From a bacterium (GTDB taxonomy: Bacteria; SAR324; NAC60-12), in NCBI GenBank assembly GCA_965233585.1, contig CBDDTI010000007.1, positions 1 to 17,333 of the forward strand: 17,333 bases of DNA. The letters are read 5' to 3'. This document shows, piece by piece, positions 12,240 to 17,333 of the stretch. Each line of letters begins with the position of its first letter. Within the stretch, counting starts at the first letter, position 1. The notes beneath the pieces were generated by a model. It ran no database searches. It worked only from the letters and a program-made list of their open reading frames with translations, and was not told the DNA's origin. Position numbers and translations under genes: made by a program.

Positions 12240-13886
12240 ATTTGAGTTGAAAACACTGATATCAAACCCAAATATAGATCCCACACATCCCCTGATCACG
12301 CAAACAATACTTCAATAAATGTAAATACATAGGAAATTAGTGCACTTTGAAATACAATATTACAAATAATAATGAATAGAACAATTTATTGTAGAACACA
12401 GATAGATTTATTGTACATTGCACATAGATCCCACATTATCATTGAATCTTACATATTTGTACCCCATGAAATGTACAGTGTAAAGGTAATGAAAGAAATC
12501 GTTTTATGGCAACGCATATTTATGTTTAATTTCACCGTATAACTAAGAATATACATAGACCATGTAAAGTATAAGTGTAATTATAACGCATGAGTATAAA
12601 ATTATATATTTGCAGGATATCTGTAATCTCCTAAATAAACCTTCAGAAAATAGTGTTACTGAAATCCGCATTAGTCACAGTGAAAACATGGCGTCAAAAC
12701 GACGTTACGATAACGTCATTGTCATGACGTCATAAAGAACGCTACCAAGACAAAACCATGCAACTCCTTACAAGACTTGGTGCTACGTGAAAGACTTCTG
12801 CATGGTAGGTGTGAATTTTCTGTTTAACATGAAAAATATTTCAAATTGAATTGAATGTCCACTATTTCTTATAAATGAAACAGCCACTGTGATTCATCGA
12901 TACACGAAAAAGACAGATATTCTGTAAATTAAGTGTAATTAGAAGTCTTATGGCGTGTTTGATGAGTGTCAAAAAATGAATAAAATTATATGCATAAGTT
13001 CAATGGTAAGCTGACAGATTTTCCGTGTTGAGTAGTAACGAAAAAAAAAAAAGTCAAAATTGTATGTATAATGTCTTAGTTTTCATATTTATTTGTTATA
13101 ACTTTTTGTCTATGAACATGAATATCAACGACATATTTATAACCTTCTGTGAGAAATTAACTGAATTTTCCATAAATGTTATTGAGCGTTTGTCATATAT
13201 GAACGATATGGTCTGGTATTGAATTGAACAACGCAGTGTTTAGTAACATATGTCAAACACTTCACTCAATATAACATGTCGGATTAGCATATTTTACGTA
13301 AATCATTGTTATTTCTTGATATTTCAAATAATGTGTACGACTTATTTCAGAATAAATATTCAATGTTATAACAAAATCGTGTACGTCAGATGTGACCCGG
13401 TATTCATTTTCAAACGTATTTTAATTCACTTTTTAGGATTGAAGAACACAGAAATATGCTTAAAGGGGAAATATAGTATTTCTGCTAATAGTAGCACGCA
13501 AAAGATCTCAAGAAATATCTACAATAATAGTATTTTATTACGAAAACGGCACTTGATGTACCTCGTTTTCCCTCAAATATCATAGTTTTATTGATATAAA
13601 ATCAGTTCTATGTAAGTAATTGACGATTATTTTCATATAATATTGTAGCAGATGTTTTCTTCTATCATTGTATAACTATTGTGTTCAGTAAATAATGTGA
13701 AATAAGAAGAAAACGAGGTTTGAACATGCCTATCTTAAAACAACGACCAACATCATGTACTCGACAAATAACTGGTGCTTACAACGACGTCCGCGACTGT
13801 ACAAACAAAAACACCGCTTTGCCCCCAGTCGCTTTATTCTCTTATAGCAGTTTAAGCTGAGAAGACGTTCATCTCTACATCTGAAA

Positions 13887-14459
13887 ATGGCATCAACGGC
13901 AACCGCCACACCCAAGAAGGTCACCAAGGCAAAGAAGCCCAAGGTTCCTGCAGCCCACCCGCAGTACAAGGACATGATTTCTGCAGCCATAACAGCGCTG
14001 AAAGAAAGGGGAGGTTCATCCAGGCAAGCCATATTGAAATACATCATGGCAAACTACAAAGTCGGTGACAACGGCACAGCAGTCAACGCTCGCGTCAAGA
14101 CAGCTCTGAAAGCTGGCGTGAAGAATGGCACTCTCAAGCAGGCTAAAGGCACCGGTGCATCTGGCTCCTTCAAAGTTGGCGAAAAGAAGAAAGAGGTTAA
14201 GAAACCCAAGAAGGCAACCAAGCCCAAAGCTGCCAAGCCAAAGAAAGTAGCAAAGCCAAAGAAAGCACCAGCCAAGAAAGAGGGCGGAGAAACCAAGAAA
14301 GCTGCCAAGCCCAAGAAAGCCAAGACGCCCAAGAAGAAGCCAGCTGCCAAGAAGTCGCCCAAGAAGGCTGCAAAACCCAAAACAGCTAAACCCAAAGCTG
14401 CACCAAAGGCTAAGAAGGCAAAGACCCCAAAGAAGAAGGCCGCTGCCAAGAAGGCATAA
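13887..14459 (+). CDS. H1: Linker histone H1, copy 3
   Basis: Same translation as 717..1289. Confidence 0.98.
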   Translation: MASTATATPKKVTKAKKPKVPAAHPQYKDMISAAITALKERGGSSRQAILKYIMANYKVGDNGTAVNARVKTALKAGVKNGTLKQAKGTGASGSFKVGEKKKEVKKPKKATKPKAAKPKKVAKPKKAPAKKEGGETKKAAKPKKAKTPKKKPAAKKSPKKAAKPKTAKPKAAPKAKKAKTPKKKAAAKKA

Positions 14460-14492
14460 ATTGCACTTTTGCTGAGCAAAAGCAAACACAAA

Positions 14493-14531
14493 AGCCCTTT
14501 TCAGGGCTACCCACATTTTTAGAAAAGAAGC
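14493..14531 (+). terminator. H1 stem-loop and downstream element, copy 3
   Basis: AGCCCTTTTCAGGGCT...AGAAAAGAAGC. Confidence 0.92.
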
Positions 14532-15287
14532 AATAAGTTGACAAAACACAATTCAAACATAGCTCCCACACAACTACCTGTTTAGTAAAACATACATACA
14601 TTTTTATAATTTATACTTTTTTTTCGTAAAAGGTAATAATACGCTGTTTTTATTTTGTTTTATCTATTTATTTCTTTTTCACAGTTAATATCAGAAAAAT
14701 AATTATATATATTCTCACTCCAATATGAAATGTATCAGGTGTGTTTTCCTTAAACCCCGTATTAATCGAACTTGATATTTCTTCATAAATTTTCAACTTT
14801 CAAATTTTCAACTTGTTCATAAATAAGTCGGTTCGTCCGTCACTTTGTCAGTCAGTCTGTATTTATTTATTTCAATATCTGCTTTATTTTGCACCATATG
14901 TCATCTTTCAATGCATAATAAGGAATTATTTTTTATTAATTTTATGAAATAATTCTTTTAAGCTATGAGGAAACTTGTTTTGTAAGTTTTATTTTATGTT
15001 CAACTGTATGCCGATGTACAATTTATCCTTTTTATCAAATAAAACCCGATGAAAATGCGACTTTCCAATATAGCAAAATTTTGTGCAAATTTGCACTTCC
15101 AAAAGCATTGAAACGATGTTTTACTTCAGCCAATCATTGTACAGAGATTTGACCAATCATATGCGTTGATACAAAGCCGGTGGCCAATTATCGCCGTCGA
15201 TACAGTAACGGCGGTGTTTACAAACAAAGGCAATAAATAGAACGCTATGTGACCTTACACTTCATTCATTCGACTCTAAAACGTTGA

Positions 15288-15707
<420 letters not shown>

Positions 15708-15736
15708 GCTGTTTCACACCACATACAAAAACAAAC

Positions 15737-15776
15737 GGCCTTTTTCAAGGCCACCTCATATTTTTCGAAAAGAAGC
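15737..15776 (+). terminator. H3 stem-loop and downstream element, copy 3
   Basis: GGCCTTTTTCAAGGCC...CGAAAAGAAGC. Confidence 0.95.
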
Positions 15777-16527
15777 TATATTGTTGAAAACTACCAATAC
15801 GAAACATAGGTCCAACACACCATCAAAACTCAAATATAGGTCCAATCAAACACAACACAAGAAAAATAAACCCCTATCTACATACTGTGTAACAATGTCT
15901 ATGTTAGCTATATATTTCATATATTAATTACGCATGTATATAAATGCGCATATACGAGAAATATTGTGACAATTGTCTTTTTTACTGACAAAATACACCC
16001 TACATATATTTGAAATTATAAATATCGCGATTTTTCTCCCACAACAGTTCAATCTTGTATATATGTCCAGAAAGTAGACCCTTTTAACGCAGTTCATACA
16101 CAAATTTCATCCTGTAATAATATAATTTCATTTGGACAAATTGCAATCAAAATGAAAATTTAATATATTTCTCTTTTGCACATTTATTACATCAAATTAC
16201 ACATTTTTTAAAAACAAATACTGACTAAATTCCTTGTATAATTCTTTTATTCAGATTATACAAAAATAAGGAGATCACTTTTCGCTGCTATAACTTTCTG
16301 CAAAATATTTTAAAATCACATAAAATTGACAGTCATGAAATATAATGTCATTTATTCATCAATTAATTTATTCATCACTCGTGAACAATGTTAATTGCTG
16401 CTAATTGCTTTTAATTACTCCAAGAGGATGTTTGTCCATGTTCAAATACCCCAGCCAATCACAAACGATCTTACATTTATCACACCTATATGTCGAGCCG
16501 AACGATTCAAAATACTGTGTTTACTAG

Positions 16528-16923
<396 letters not shown>

Positions 16924-16959
16924 ACAACATCTGACCATTGACCAAGTCAAACAAACAAC

Positions 16960-16998
16960 GGCCCTTTTCAGGGCCACACATATTTTTCGAAAAGAAGC
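16960..16998 (+). terminator. H4 stem-loop and downstream element, copy 3
   Basis: GGCCCTTTTCAGGGCC...CGAAAAGAAGC. Confidence 0.95.
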
Positions 16999-17333
16999 GT
17001 TAAAGCTGTTTACAAATCAATAAAACACAAGATCACATTCCCCTGCCCATGTAAAGATATATATTTCCTTTTTATTTGTAACAGTATCACTATAAGGTAT
17101 AATATATAAATCATAAAATTGAAATACAACATAGGTGTACAGTTTAACAAGGACATACAATTTAACAATGAAATACATTTTAAATAATATTTAATATCAC
17201 ATTTTAAATAATACTTCATATCTCTGTATATTTTATAAAACAATAACATTACATCTCATTTGAATATATCCATTATAAAGATATGTTATACAATATACAA
17301 CAAAATAATTTTTCAAATCTTGCTACATTTGTT

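Overview
The window is about 2.6 copies of a 6,585-bp tandem repeat. Each unit carries a complete animal replication-dependent histone quintet in the order H1> H3> H4> <H2B H2A>. All genes are intronless and end in the histone 3' stem-loop followed by a purine-rich U7-type downstream element. Protein features suggest an invertebrate, probably a lophotrochozoan or mollusc (inference only). By eye, copies 1 and 2 are identical apart from a 1-bp indel, and copy 3 has a cluster of spacer variants. The remaining ORFs in the track are antisense or frame-shadow ORFs. No new protein-coding system is visible. The most interesting signals are non-coding: a 17-nt element about 50 nt downstream of the stem-loop in four of five genes, an exact 19-bp element shared by the H3 and H2B/H2A promoters, extra hairpins between stop codon and stem-loop, and a CpG/palindrome island in the H2A-H1 spacer.
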